This document shows positions 41,569-57,144 of a DNA stretch of 64,000 bases, one piece after another. This DNA comes from Octopus vulgaris (Eukaryota): NCBI GenBank assembly GCA_951406725.2, contig OX597832.1:21452001-21516000 (forward strand). Direction: 5' to 3'. Numbering within the stretch: position 1 is the stretch's first letter; the number at the start of each line of letters is the position of its first letter. A model generated the notes under the pieces. The model saw only the letters and a list, made by a program, of their open reading frames with translations, had not been told where the DNA came from and did no database searches. Both the position numbers and the translations under genes were made by a program.

Positions 41569-41980
41569 GGCGGCGAGCTGGCAGAAACGTTAGCATGCCG
41601 GGCGAAATGCTTAGCGGTATTTCTTCTGTCGCTACGTTCTGAGTTCAAATTCCGCCGAAGTCGACTTTGCTTTTCATCCTTTCGGAGTCGATTAAGTAAG
41701 TACCAGTTACGCACTGGGGTCGATGTAATTAACTTAATCAGTGTGCCTGTCCTTGTTTGTCCCCCTCTGTGTTTAACCCCTTGTGGGTAGTAAAGAAATA
41801 GGTATTCCTTCTGTCGCTACGTTCTGAGTTCAAATTCCGCCGAGCTCGACTTTGCCTTTCATCCTTTCGGGGTCAATTAAATAAGTACCAGTTACGCACT
41901 GTGGTCCATATAATCGACTTAATCCGTTTGTCTGCCCTTGTTTGTCCTCTCTGTCTTTAGCCCCTTGTGGGTAGTAAAGA
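41569..41980 (+). mobile_element. Family-A SINE dimer
   Basis: Junction gaaata|ggtattcc at 41795-41808. Confidence 0.9.
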
Positions 41981-42066
41981 ATGGCCGCAGTCCAGTGGAT
42001 GAAAGAACTAGAAGAACAAAAGAATAAAAATAAATATAAACAAGCATACATTCATTCGCAGCAAGC

Positions 42067-42157
<91 letters not shown>

Positions 42158-42737
42158 AATATTATATTTCTAAATCTCTGAGAGATTTATATAGAAACAG
42201 CACGATAAAGTAATGGCCTGTTGCCATCTTAATATGGCGGTGCCATGACAGGGATGATGAGCAATGCGTATCTGGATGCTGGCTTTGCTGGGTGGAGGTG
42301 CTTATCTCCCATTTGAAAACATAAGAACACAGAAAATGTGTTATGGCCAACTGGAAACGGTGGTTCCTAGGGTTAAATAGCAGTAGCATTCTTGGGACTA
42401 CCACATTAAGTTGGCAACATGCCATCACTATATATATAGTGGGGGCGATTTGTTCGACTAAAGGCGGTGCTCCAGCATGGCCGCAGTCAAATGACTGAAA
42501 CAAGTAAAAGAGTAAACTCTGAATTAGATGAAATAAACACCAGAAATGATTTTCTTCTCCCTCGCAAAACCTACAGAAGTCATTCAGAGGTTTCCTAAGC
42601 TTTTCTGAATCCATTGCAATGCTGGGATACCCTTCCGTATCGTCAGCAAGTACAGATCAAATACCATACATTATACACATGCATAAGATACCAGACAACG
42701 CCTTTACGTGTATAGTCGTTTTATCTATCTCTCTTTC

Positions 42738-43122
42738 TCTTTTTTACTTGTTTCAGTCATTTGACTGTGGCCATGCTGGAGCACCGCCTTTATTCGAGCA
42801 ACTCGACCCCGGGACTTATTCTTTTGTAAGCTCAGTACTTATTCTATCGGTCTCTTTTGCCGAACCGCTAAGTTACGGGGACATAAACACACCAGCATCG
42901 GTTGTCAAGCAATGCTAGAGGGACAAACACAGACACACAAACACACACATGCACATATATACATATATACGACAGGCTTCTTTTCAGTTTCTGTCTACCA
43001 AATCCACTCACAAGGCTTCGGTCGGCCCGAGGCTATAGTAGAAGTCACTTGCCCAAGGTGCCACGCAGTGGGACTGAACCCGGAACCATGTGGTTGGTAA
43101 ACAAGCTACCTACCACACAGCC
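42738..43122 (-). mobile_element. Near full-length family-B SINE
   Basis: Colinear with 16441-16865. Confidence 0.9.
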
Positions 43123-43339
43123 AATATGTTTATTTATTTGTATGTATGGGTTTTTTTTTAATAACTGACTTGCCGAAATTATTTAAAGAACAATACAGCG
43201 CTCACACAGTCTTGCAGACGCATGCACAGAAACGCAACAACAACAGCAATTACAATAGTGACACAGCTGCATGTTTAGATGATACACACGTAAACTGAAA
43301 TGCAGAGACGTGGAGAAGATATATCTGTGTGTGTGAGAG

Positions 43340-43790
43340 TGTGTGTGTGTGTGCGTGAGAGAGTGTACGCCTCTTCGTATACATATATGTGTGTGTGTAT
43401 ACATGCATATATGTATGTGTGTATATATGTGTGTGTGAGCGTGTGTGTGTGTGCGTGAGAGAGTGTACGCGTCTTCGTATACATATATGTGTGTGTAACT
43501 ATATACATATACATATATTTATGTATATATATAAATGTATATATACATGCATATATGTATGTTTGTATATATGTGTGTGTGTGCGTGAGAGTGTGTACGC
43601 ATCTTCGTATACATATGTGTGTGTGTGTAACTATATATATATATATATGTACACACATATTTATGTATATATATATATGTGTGTGTTTGTATACATACAT
43701 ATGTGTGTGTGTGTGCGTATGTACATATGTGTGCGTGAGAGTGTGTACGCGTTTTCGTATACATATATGTGTCTGCGTATACATGCATAT
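43340..43790. repeat. Higher-order microsatellite repeat
   Basis: gtgcgtgagag(a/t)gtgtacgc..ttcgtatacata recurs at 43351, 43451, 43581 and 43731. Confidence 0.8.
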
Positions 43791-44475
43791 ATGTGTGTGT
43801 ATATATGTGTGTGTGTGTACATATATATATATATATACATATATATATACAGAGAGAGACGGGAGAGAGAGAAAGAGAGTGAGAGAGGGACAGCATTGTA
43901 AACATGCACCCAACGTGTGTCATTGTTGAAATACACAGACACATATACACATACATCTCACACACACGCAGAAAGCCCACAGGCATATATACAAACTCAC
44001 ACGAATCAACATGCGCGCATCCCCCACACACACGAACACATACACACACACACACATACAAATGTAAATATATACACTCATACACACATGTGTGCATGCA
44101 GAAATATAAACAAACACTCGCGAAGATGGAAGCCTACGCATGCGCAAACACACCTGGACACAAAAGGCAGAGAACAATATCAACACACGCACAGACACAC
44201 ACATACAGAAATACACACACATACAGAAATACACGCACATGCACAACGCATGCACGGACACCTGCACACGGACGCACACGGTAAAATGCACACATTATGC
44301 ATATTTATGTGTATGCGTGTATATAGATATATAAATACATATATATATATACATATTATATATGTATATGCAAGCATGCATATGTATATATATATATATA
44401 TATATATACATATACTAATATGTTTGTGTATACGTAGATATATATATATATATAGAAACATATATATATGTACAG

Positions 44476-44519
<44 letters not shown>

Positions 44520-44523
44520 ATTT

Positions 44524-44559
<36 letters not shown>

Positions 44560-44662
44560 GAATGTATATGCAAGCATGCATACATGCATGCATATGTATA
44601 TATATATATATGTATACATATATATATGTGTGTGTGTTTGTGTGTCTATGTATGTATATGTA

Positions 44663-44701
<39 letters not shown>

Positions 44702-45202
44702 GCGCGCACACACACATACACACGTACACGCGCAGAAAATGACACACACACACGCACATGCACACACACAACACCACAGAAGCACTATACTCACACACAC
44801 AAACCACACACACACACACACACACACACGCATATAAGCCCATATGTATATATTTTTACCACGGGGTAATGTCTGGATGAAAATCGTTTGATTTCCATTT
44901 AATTAATTTGGCTGTCAATTATCGAATATGTCCTTTTGTCTTTTCCCTTCTTCTCTGTTTTTCAATTTCCGATCAAAATCGAAGCCTTGCAGGGGGGAAC
45001 ATTTGTTCCTCAATAATGCCTGGCCATATTCCTATTCATTTGTATTCAAATCCTCAAAATTTTGCTGTCATCTTTTCATCGTTTCCACAATTTTACAATG
45101 CCGTCGCTTTAGTTGGAAATTCTGATTCTCGTTCGTTGTTAAAAACCGGGTTAATATAAAACCTCTCCGTCGTTCTTTTCTATCTCTCTCTGCTCCTCTA
45201 TC

Positions 45203-45251
<49 letters not shown>

Positions 45252-45383
45252 TTCTTTCTCTCCCATTATCGCTATTTCTTCCTCTCTCTCTATCTCTTTC
45301 TAACTTTCTATTTCTCTTTCTCTTTGTTTCTTTCATTCTCTCGTTCTCTCATTCTATTATACGTGCATGCATAACACATGTAA

Positions 45384-45468
<85 letters not shown>

Positions 45469-45729
45469 CTGTGTGTATGTGTAAGTGTGTGTATACAAAC
45501 ATGCATACATATATATGTATATATAGACACACATACATATATATTTACGCATACACACACACACACACATATATATATACATATATTTGTATGTGTGTGT
45601 GTTCATGCATATAAGGATACATGCGCCCGTACACATATATGCACATATATACATATGCATATATAAGTGTATGTATATATATATATATATATATATATTT
45701 AATTTTTGAGAAATACATATACGTTCACG

Positions 45730-45783
<54 letters not shown>

Positions 45784-45937
45784 TACATATATACATATAT
45801 ATATACATATATACACAATATGAAAAGTTTGGTCTTGTGTATGTGTGTATGTGTGTGTATGTGTGTACGTGTTGAAGTGTTTGCGTGCGATTTTGTTGCG
45901 TTTGTGTACAAAGACAGAAGCAGGTACATGAGAGAGT

Positions 45938-45971
<34 letters not shown>

Positions 45972-46433
45972 AAGGAAGAATATGACAGACAGACAGACCA
46001 AAAAAAGTAGAATAGAAAAATACAAGAATGAAAAACAACAAAAGAATGAAATTCAAAAAATAATAGAAAAAAGAACATATATTAAAAATGGAACAAAAAG
46101 GCCACAAAGAATGGAACAGTCAAATAGGACGGAAAAAATACCAAACGACCATTTTTTTTTTCTTTGAAAAAGATCTGTGAAGATGGAATTTAGAAATTTA
46201 CATATGCATTCAATAGTTTTTGTCGTAAGGCTATATACCATACATCTGTATTCGTGCTTATTTGCATCTATCTCTGTCTTCCTAATATATATGTATATAT
46301 GTATATATGTATGCATATATATTTGTATATATACATATATATACATATATATGTGTGTGTGTATGTATATAATATATATGCATACATAAACACACATATA
46401 CATAACATATACAGACAGACATATATATATGTC

Positions 46434-46465
<32 letters not shown>

Positions 46466-46467
46466 CA

Positions 46468-46841
46468 AGGCGAAATGCTTAGTGGCATTTCGTATGTCTT
46501 TACGTTCTGAGTTCAAATTCTGCCGAGGCCGACTTTTCCTTTCATCCTTTCTTGGTCGATAAGTTAAGTACCACTTGCGTACTGGGGTCGATCTACTCGA
46601 CTGGACCCCTCCCCAAAATTGTCGGGCCTTGTCCCTACAGTAGAAAAGTATATATATATATATATATATACGATCATACATTCAGGCAGTTCGTGTGTGG
46701 TAGGAAGCTTGCTTTTCAGTCACATGGTTCCGGGTTCAATCCAGCTACCATTTAAGCAACTCTCTTTGTACTATAGCCACCAGCCGACCTAAGCCTTATC
46801 TGTGAATTTGTTGACAGAAACTGAAAGAAGCTTGTCGCACT

Positions 46842-46882
<41 letters not shown>

Positions 46883-47195
46883 AAGCTCAGTGTTTAGAAT
46901 GTTGGGCTCACAATCATGAGGTAGTGAGTTCAATTTCCGGACTAGGAAATGTTGTGATCTTGAACAAGACACTATTTCATGTTGCTCCAGTTCACTCAGC
47001 CATGTTACTGGTGCCAAGCTGCATCGGCCCCTTTGCCCTTCTCTTGGATAAAAAATCGATGGCGTGGAGCAAGGGGCGCTGGTATGCATTGGCGATTGCT
47101 GGTCTTCCATGAGAAACCTTTCCCGGACTTGTGCCTCGAAGGGAAACTACGAGCAATCGTATAGTCATTCATGACCGATAGGGATCTTTACCCTT
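46468..47195 (+). mobile_element. Consecutive family-A, family-B and family-C SINE fragments
   Basis: Family A about 46468-46647, family B about 46680-46840, family C about 46885-47195, each by its diagnostic core. Confidence 0.75.
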
Positions 47196-47524
47196 TTGCC
47201 CTTTATACACTCACACACATATATAGATACTCCCATTCGAAAACCGTTGGGAGTACCCCTCAGCTTTTGTTTACGTTTGTCTCTAGGAAAAGGTCATTCC
47301 GTCAAAAAACCAGTTATACTAGGAATGCCATTGGACATTTTAGGGATCTTTTGCATGCGTTTGAGATCATGGTGCTTTCACATTACCGGGGCTGCCATCC
47401 ATGTTGGCACTAGATATCTTGACTCAGCTTGTCTCTGGATTATGTCAATACAGTGAAGAGGATCTGCGAAATGTCATACAAGACTTTTAGACCAAAATGT
47501 TGGTACAAATATTGCTGATACAGT

Positions 47525-47690
47525 TCTATATTTAAGAGATGAAGGATTATGTACATTATTTACATTATTTACATTCGACGATATTTATCCTCACCTTGTT
47601 TGTTGTTAACACAACGTTTCCAGCCTTCTTCAGGTGTCTTGAGGAAATTTCGAACCTGGGTTCTCATTCCTAAGATATTTTTCGATGTTG
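47525..47690 (-). mobile_element. Penelope-like terminus with deleted HHR, abutting (ATT)n
   Basis: ACAC-CTGAAGA-AGGCTG-GAAACGTT-GTGT at 47608-47638; the 3' strand of stem II is missing. Confidence 0.55.
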
Positions 47691-47717
47691 TTGTTATTAT
47701 TATTATTATTATTATTA

Positions 47718-47791
<74 letters not shown>

Positions 47792-47816
47792 GTTATTATT
47801 ATTATCATCATCATCA

Positions 47817-47879
<63 letters not shown>

Positions 47880-47919
47880 CGACTGCTTGGAATCGAACTC
47901 AGAATCTTGGGGCTACTAA

Positions 47920-48182
47920 AACACCAACATCGGTTGTCAAGCGATGGTGGGGGGACAACCACAGACACACAACTATATAATACATACATACATACATACA
48001 TACATACATACATACATACATACATACATACCAGGGGCCTCTTTCAGTTTCCGCCTACCAAATCCACTTTGGTTGGCCCGTGGCTATAGTAGAAGTCACT
48101 TGCCCGAGACGGCATGCAGTGGGACTGAACCCAGAAACAATTGGTTGAGAAGCAAGCTTCTTATCACACAGCTACGCCTGCG

Positions 48183-48184
<2 letters not shown>
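47920..48184 (-). mobile_element. Family-B SINE fragment
   Basis: gcagtgggactgaaccc..cacacagctacgcctgcgcc. Confidence 0.8.
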
Positions 48185-48249
<65 letters not shown>

Positions 48250-48764
48250 GAGCACAATATATGCATATACTGACAGGGGACGTAACCGCCCCATGACCGT
48301 CTAAATATACTATGCATGTGTGTGCGCGTGTATGCGTATGTGCCTTTTTATTTATTTGTTGCTCACCACACCGCTTGACAACCGCTATTGGTTTGTTTAC
48401 GTTTTCATAACTAAGCATTTCGACAAAAGAGCTCACCGAGAAAGTATAGACTTTAGAAAATAAATACAGAGTCAATTTGTTTTTTGAGTTCAAATTCCGT
48501 TTTTCCTTCTTTCGAGATCATTAACATACGAAGGGTATTCCAGAAGTTTTGAGGCTTTTTTTCGGACAGGTGGTTATTACTTTCCAAGATTTTTTTTCTA
48601 TTATCTTAGTATATAATTACTACACTACTAATAAGCTGACCTGCCAAATTTTATTAATCCAGCTTGAAGTAAACGGTTGTAACATACCTAACTAAACACT
48701 GTTTGTCACAGCCGACTAGTTTGCAGCATGCAGTCGGGATATTTGGAAGTTCGCTAGGCATTAG

Positions 48765-49362
48765 TTACCTCCGCCTTTGCTAAGGCGGAGGTATTGTTTC
48801 AGTTGTGTTTGTTTGTTTGCTATGGACAAGATATCTCAAGAATCGCTGGATGGATTCGGATGAAACTTTCATGGATGTTTGGCTTCGTGACTGTCACGAA
48901 CTGATTAGATTTGGGGATCGATCTGGTACCGGACAAAGATTCTGGATTATTACCTCCACCAAGGAAGGAGGTTATGTTTTCATCGGGGTTATTTTGTCCG
49001 TCTGTCCCTCTGTCTGTCCGTCTGTGCGAAACATAACTCAAAAAGTTGTGAACGGTATTTGATGAAACTTGGAGAAAATGTTGGTAAAGACACAAACAAC
49101 AGATGATGAAATTTTCGTAGTGATCCAAGAATTTTTATGGATTCTTGAAGGATTTTTTCATTTGTTACATTTACTTTACGTGAAGCATTACAATGTTACG
49201 TTCTTTGATTATCTCCCTTGAAAACACGTTCATTGTTTCCACTTAACCTATGGCGGCGTTGCTGTTTGGAAAATTTATTTTCGTTTTTCTATTAGTAATT
49301 TTACTCGCGTATCTATCTTAAAATGAGCTTGGTGGAGGTTTGCGCTCTCTGAGAGCTCTTGT
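48765..49362 (+). mobile_element. Two abutting or nested DINE-1/HINE-like (Helentron-associated) elements
   Basis: 5' ttacctccgcc..ggcggaggta hairpin; second start ttacctccaccaag at 48950 with matching 3' cttggtggagg and terminal hairpin gctctctgagagc; (GTCT/GTCC)n tract; TT targets. Confidence 0.8.
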
Positions 49363-49583
49363 TTTGTGTTAAACCTGGAAATAAATGCTACAGGAGTTAA
49401 TGAAATGCTCCATACAGTTTGGGTTAACTTTTTCGGTGGCACAAGATGCTCAAGGTCAGTAGTGTGGGGGTGAATGATGAGGAGTGGTGTGGGAGAGAGA
49501 GAGGGGTGTCGGAATATCAGAACTGGTTGAGAAAATACACAATTTACTGGATGAAAAACGTCGTGTGTCTATAATGACAATAA

Positions 49584-49814
49584 GGCGGCGAGCTGGCAGA
49601 AACGTTAGCGCGCCGGGCGAAATGCTTAGCGGTATTTCGTCTGTCGTTACGTTGTGAGTTCAAATTCCGCCGAGGTCAACTTTGCCTTTCATCCTTTCGG
49701 GGTCGATAAATAGAGTACCAGTTTCGCACTGGGGTCGATGTAATCGACTTAATCCCTTTGTCTGTCCTTGTTTGTCCCCTCTATGTTTAGTCCCTTGTGG
49801 GTAGTAAAGAAATA
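49584..49814 (+). mobile_element. Young family-A SINE monomer with perfect 15-bp TSD
   Basis: TSD tataatgacaataag at 49570-49584 and 49815-49829. Confidence 0.92.
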
Positions 49815-50929
49815 TATAATGACAATAAGTATACAGTTTGGAGTTGGTGTAGCGACTGTACACAGAATTATTCATGAAGGCCTGAGCATGCACCAAATTT
49901 GTGCTAAGTTTGTTTCCAAGCTCTTCTGTGATGAACAGAAATAAAGACAGAGATGGACATAAAAACAGACCCTCACCCTCTCAACAATTCAGACGTTGCT
50001 CATTGTGATTTTGGAGGTTTCCCCAAGCTGAAGGAGAGAGCCTAAGGACAGTCGTCTTTAAGCTGAATGAGGCTGTGACAAGGGTCCTGGAGACCTTCAC
50101 TTTTTGAAGACCTCCACGGAGCCTTCACGAAGTCGCTGGAGCACTAAAATAAGTGCATTCAAGTCAGAGGGGCCTGATTTGAAGGAGAGCTAAATTTTTG
50201 TAATTCTTTGAAATTAATAAACATCTCTCCTGACCATCAAATCGATTCCCTTCCCTCAAAAGCGGCTGGCACCGTGCTAAAATCTGAAATCATTATTTAT
50301 ACACCGACTGGACAAACCGCTTCACCTTACGTTCAGGGTTCAAACGCCAGAGAGGGCTATTCTCTCTTTCATACCTCCGGTGGGTCAATGAAACAAATAA
50401 CAGTCAAATTAATGATCGATTTAACAGATTACCCCCACCACCCACCACCCACCACCAATACCACCACCACTTCAACATCACTCAATATATTAATTAGTAA
50501 ATCAATCAATCCATTTTTGTAACAATCTTCATTCAACAACAGCTAAAAAAACAATATTTATTTTTCAATTCACTTTTTTAAACTGATGTCGCTGTAGTAT
50601 CAATTAAATTTAATATATTTTAGTCGATAACCAACAGATATTATTTATTTATTTATTCATTGTATCTAATATAAACTAATATTTTTTTTTAATATTTGTT
50701 CTTTTTTTTATCATATTTCAGTCTCGCCTTTACTAAACGATAGAAAAGATTTTATATAAAACATCAATAAAACAATTAAAACTAATGAGCATTTGTCTCC
50801 GTCTTTGTATATTTTATATTTATTTGTTTATCTGTGACATTGTTTTGGAGGGACTACATTTTTTCATTTTAATACTGTGTGTGGATACACACACTAAGAG
50901 ACAAAGAGACACAGACACACAGACATATG

Positions 50930-50988
<59 letters not shown>

Positions 50989-51036
50989 ACAGGTACATAT
51001 ATACATACACATACATATATGTACACATATATGTAT

Positions 51037-51180
51037 TGTGGCTGTATGGTAAGTAGCTTGCTTGCGGATTCAGTCCCACTGCGTGGCATCTTGGGCAAGT
51101 GTCTTCTACTATAGCTTCTGGCCGACCAAAGCCTTGTGAGTGGATTTGGTAGACGGAAACTGAATCAAGTCCGTCGTATA
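51037..51180 (+). mobile_element. Family-B SINE, 5' half
   Basis: ttcagtcccactgcgtggcatcttgggcaagtgtcttctactatagc. Confidence 0.8.
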
Positions 51181-51190
51181 TATGTATAAA

Positions 51191-51244
<54 letters not shown>

Positions 51245-51464
51245 GAGAGAGAGTGGGAGAGAGAGGAGATTGATTGATACGAGTAGAAGAAACGAAAGTA
51301 GCACTCAACGCATTTGGTTGTTCTAAATACTTGATAACTGTTCAACTCAACACCACATTACTTGAGGTTTCGTGGGCGCAGAAAACCCCTATGTATATAC
51401 ATTATATATATATATATACTTGATAAGTGTACTTATAAATCACTAATAATGAAAGAGCTACATA

Positions 51465-51551
<87 letters not shown>

Positions 51552-52447
51552 TGCGTGTGTGCATGCGAGCGTGCTTGCATGTTGCATGCGTGGGCTTTGC
51601 GAGATACTTGATTTCAAATCACGTGCAGAAACAGATATACTTTGGGAGGGTCATTTTGTCAATTGGAACACACGCACTGTTTATGTCATATTTCGTACTA
51701 TTGTCATCAGTCAACGAGTTAACTAATTGATCAATCATCTAATCGAACGCTTCATTAATCCTTCGATCAATGACCGAATCCATTGATTTCACCAACAACC
51801 TGATCTTTTATTTTGTGTTATCACTAAGTTTCGAGACAACTGCAGTTTTATTTTAGCGACCGTGCATTATATAACGTGTCTGCCATAACAGCTACGCTCA
51901 GTCCTAATGTTTTGTTATAATAGCCACGTGACCAAACAATGGTAAAGAGGGAGGGTGATCTATGTCATTTTGGAGCGTAGATGATAATGGTGGTGGTGGA
52001 GAAGGAGGAGGAGGAGGAGGAGGAAACAAACGTTGAAAAAGAGCTGCAACAACAAAACAAGAACGAATGTGCAGAAGAGGACCGAGAAGAAAAATGAAGA
52101 CGAAGACGACATATAATGATGATGATGATGAGGAGGAGGAGGAGGAGGAGAAGGATGATGATGATGATAGTGGTGGGGAGCTGATTAGAAGGAAGAAGAA
52201 GGAAGAAGGAAGGAAAGGATAGTAAGGAAGGGAAGACGAAGAAAAAGGGTAAGAGAAAGAAGAAAGGGAAAGAAAGAATAAGTGAAGAGCAGAAGAGGGA
52301 GATGGGGAAGGGTAGAGTAGATTGAGAAGGAAAATAATGAAGATGGGTATGATGAGGACGAAGAAAGACTAAGAAGAACCAGATTAATTTCTTATCAAAC
52401 ACAACCCTTGTCCCGTCTAACATCTACCGGGTCCTCACCTATATACT

Positions 52448-52508
<61 letters not shown>

Positions 52509-52515
52509 GTGTGTG

Positions 52516-52581
<66 letters not shown>

Positions 52582-52641
52582 CGAATATATATATATATGT
52601 ATGTATATATGTATGTATGTATGTAAATATATGTATGTATG

Positions 52642-52684
<43 letters not shown>

Positions 52685-52717
52685 ATGCTACCAAATATAT
52701 ATGTATATATATGTTTT

Positions 52718-52753
<36 letters not shown>

Positions 52754-52802
52754 CGTATGTACGTACGTAAGTATGTATTTAGGCACGTACGTACGCATGT
52801 AG

Positions 52803-52833
<31 letters not shown>

Positions 52834-53789
52834 TGTATGTATGCTTGTATGTATGTATGTATATTAAAACAGACACGGCATGTATTTGTCTAGATTAAAA
52901 TGTGCTTTCGGTTTTGTTTCAGATTCTATAACGGACGGAAGAAAAAGAAGACCGCAGCAATGCTTAAATAACATATAACAACATAAAATAACATAAAACA
53001 ACATAAAATAACATAAAATAACATAACACAATATAATGTAATACAAAACAAACCAAAACCAAAATAAAAATAAATAACAAAATATTAAAAAAAAACAATA
53101 AATGAAAACATACTGAAACATTACAATCCAGCCGATTCAACTTCACATATTTCAGATAGCAAAAATCAATTTATTTTAATCGATTATTTCCCCTTAGCTT
53201 ATCAATAATACAACGTTTTACTTTTAATAACGATAGTCGAATTGTCTTATATTTCTTTAAGGAATTCAATATGTTTTCTGTTTAATCTAGACAGGAGTAG
53301 TTTTTTTTTTTTTTTTTTTTTTCATTATTTTATCGCTTTCAATAAAGAATGTCTGATTTTCTTTGCCACTGTCCTAGCAAGCATTGTTTAATACGCTATT
53401 AAAACATCATTTAAGAGAATATTCGATCAGAAGGGGGAGAATATAAATATATGTACATGTATAAATGTATACATACATACATACACACACGCACATATAT
53501 ATATATATATATATATATATTCACACACTGACATATATTTGTATATGTATATATATATACATACATATTTGGGAAAGGATGCGTGGCGTTCAATCATATA
53601 ATAATATATAAAAATATATGCATATATACAGACATACATGTACATACCTACATATATATGAATATATAAATGCATATATGGGTACTACATATATATATAT
53701 ATATATATATGCGCGCGTAAGTGTTTGTGTGTGCGTGAGTGTTTGCATGTAAGTGTATATGTGTGTTTGTGCGTGTGGGTACGTGTGCG

Positions 53790-53950
<161 letters not shown>

Positions 53951-54149
53951 GATGTATATATATGCACACACACACACACACACACATATATGTATATATA
54001 TATATATATGCATATATGCATATGAACATATACACTTTTCAATTAAGTTTCAATATCTCTGTAATCTCTCTGTTGTAGACGTTAAAACCCAGCAAAAGAA
54101 CTCTATAAGATATTCCGAATGTGTGAAAGTAGTAGTAGTAGTAGCAGTT

Positions 54150-54208
<59 letters not shown>

Positions 54209-54399
54209 TGTTGTTGTTGTTATTTTGCTCTCCGTCAGGTTTGCGTCAACCAGAACCTTAATTGAAGACGTTCTTGTGATTATCCTGCGAGATGCTATAA
54301 TTTATAGTTTCTTTAAACAGTTGCATTTTATATTACTTTATATACAAGGGCTGGACAAAAATGGTGGAAATAATTGATTAAACGGAAACTATATAACTT

Positions 54400-54879
54400 A
54401 ATACGGAGTTATGTCGTCGCCGAGGTAAACTTAGCCTTTCGGCCTTCGATAAAAGAGGTACTATTTCAGAACGCCAAGATCGATATAATGAACTTGACCT
54501 CTGAATAGCTGAACTTGTGCTAAAATTCGTAATAGTTATTTAATATGGGTTCATGACGGCGAGCTGGAAGAATCGGTAGAGTTACGGACAAAACGCCAAG
54601 CGGCACTTCTTCGAATTCCTTGCGGTCTGAGTTAAAACTCTACCGAGGTGGACTTTGCGTTTCATCTTTATCGGCATCGATCGAACAAGTACGTATCCTC
54701 TTGCAAGTAAGTTCTATTTTAATCATTCTGATGCGCATATATATATATTTAGCGGTTCGGCAAAAGAGACCGATAGAATAAGTACTAGGCTTACAAAGAA
54801 TAAGTCCCGGGGTCGATTTGCTCGACTAAAGGCGGTGCTCCAGCATGGCCGCAGTCAAATGACTGAAACAAGTAAAAGA

Positions 54880-54882
<3 letters not shown>
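54400..54882 (+). mobile_element. Old family-A fragments and a family-B 3' half
   Basis: Diverged family-A cores at 54400-54690; family-B tail at 54748-54882. Confidence 0.7.
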
Positions 54883-54977
<95 letters not shown>

Positions 54978-55538
54978 GGATGGGCAGATGGATGGATGGA
55001 TGGATGTATGCATGGATATATACGCACTAATATATAATCACAAGGAATGTCACATTTGAATATTTGCTACAAATTTGAAATTAGTAAAATCTGTCCAGGA
55101 TTGACCAACAAAGGAACGCTAGCAATTTGTAGATTGTGAGTGAAGTTTTGTGTTCGCTTTCATTATATGCGACATCAAAACTGACTCCGTAAGTAATTTA
55201 CCAAGCACATACACAGGGGGTATGAAATAAAATGTATATCAAAACATTAAACCTCATAACTAGCAGCCATCTTGGTTATTTTTCTTCTTTTGCACTCATA
55301 TTTTCCCAAACATATTGTGCGCGCCTCTGTACGAGAAAAACATGCGCTCGCACTCACACACATATAGAGACATACATGCGAACATGCAGATACATATCTA
55401 CATACATATATGCATAGATATAAACATCTTTACGTATATCTATGTACATGTAAACATATACATATTTTGCTGAATATATGTGTGTGTGTAGGCATATGTA
55501 TATGCATATACACATATATTTGTATGTGTGTGCTGGCG

Positions 55539-55574
<36 letters not shown>

Positions 55575-55577
<3 letters not shown>

Positions 55578-55735
55578 AGTGGCTATGTGGTAAGAAGCTT
55601 GCTTCCTAACCACATGGTACCGGGTCCAGTCCCACTGCGTGGCACCTTGAGCAAGTGTCTTCTACTTTAGTCTCGGGCCGACCAAAGCCTTGGGAGTGGA
55701 TTTGGTAGACAGAAACTGAAAGAAACCCATCGTAT
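55575..55735 (+). mobile_element. Family-B SINE, 5' half
   Basis: ggagtggctatgtggtaag..gtggcaccttgagcaagtgtctt. Confidence 0.85.
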
Positions 55736-55838
55736 ATATAAAAATATGTGTGTGTGTAAAAGGATCCAGATTTTATTATTACTATTATTATTATTGTTGT
55801 TGTTGTTGCTGTTGTTGTTATTGTTGTTGTTATTGTTG

Positions 55839-55899
<61 letters not shown>

Positions 55900-55900
<1 letters not shown>

Positions 55901-57144
55901 TGGGATGGCAAGAAAGTTATTTCCTTTATCACAAATATGATTTTTTCAATGACTTTTGTTGTTCTATACTTTTTTTTCCTTTTGACATTTGATAGCCGTT
56001 ACTCTTAGCTTTGTTTAGAAGCAAACTGCACGTAATTTTTTGTGTCTCTGTTAGTTTAGTGTCAATTTTAACATGGAGTGCAAAAATTAACATTTTCGCC
56101 ATATTTTGCTTTTTTTTTTCATTTCCGTGAAGGCAAGAAAGCTTCCGAGGCTCACAAATAGACATGCGAAGTTTATGGTGTTGATTGCTTATCATGACAG
56201 AAATAGTTTTAAGAATATTCGCTCTGGATATTTTTCACTCAACGATGACAAATGTTCTGGTCGACCTATCGAAGTTGTTGATAACCGAATCAAAACCATA
56301 ACTGAATCTGATCGCCATACAATTGTGCGAGAGATTGCAGAGGAGCTAAATATGTCACACACAACTGAAAATCATTTAACGTGTCTTGGACACGTTAAGC
56401 TCGATATTTGGGTTCCACATAAATTCAGAGAGATTCACTTAACACAACGAATCAATATTTGCGATATGCAGCTCAAACGCCATGAAAGCGACCTTCTTTT
56501 GAAACGAATCAGCACTGGTGATGAAAAATGGATTGTCTACAATAGCCTCAACCGAAAACGATCATGGTCAAAGCTAAATAAATCAACACAAACCACATCG
56601 AAGGCGGAATTGCATGAAACAAAGGTCATGCTGTCGATTTGGTGGGATTACAAAGGTGTTGTGTATTTTGAGCTGCTTCCTAGGAACCAAACGATCAATT
56701 CAGATGTTTACTGTCAACAACTAATGAAACTGGATGAGGTAATAAAAAAAAACGCCCAGAATTTGTAAATCTTAAAGAAATCGTGTTCTACCATGACAAG
56801 ACTGGACCACACATGTCTTTGCTAACTCGTGAAAAATTACTGGAGCTTGGTTGGAAAGTCATGTCACATTTAGCACCAGACCTTACACCATCAGAATACC
56901 ATTTATTTCGAAGTTTTCAAAATTCTTCGAATGGTAAAACTTTCAATAATGATGATGACCTGAATCCGCACTTTCTTCAGTTTTTGGTTGCTAAGGACCA
57001 GAAGTTCTTTAACTGCAGAATCATGAAGTTGCCAGAAAGATGGCAAAAGTTCGTCGAACAAAATGGAAAATATATAATTCTTTGTATGAAAAAATTGACT
57101 TTCATTTCACACTAAGAAAAACGAAATTACCTTCTTGCCAACCT

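Larger units (their letters stand above)
48529..50235 (+). mobile_element. Decayed mariner hosting nested insertions
   Basis: FGVGVATVHRIIHEGLSMHQICAKFVSKL and PHPLNNSDVAHCDFGGFPKLK (PHPPYSPDLAPCDF motif). Confidence 0.75.
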
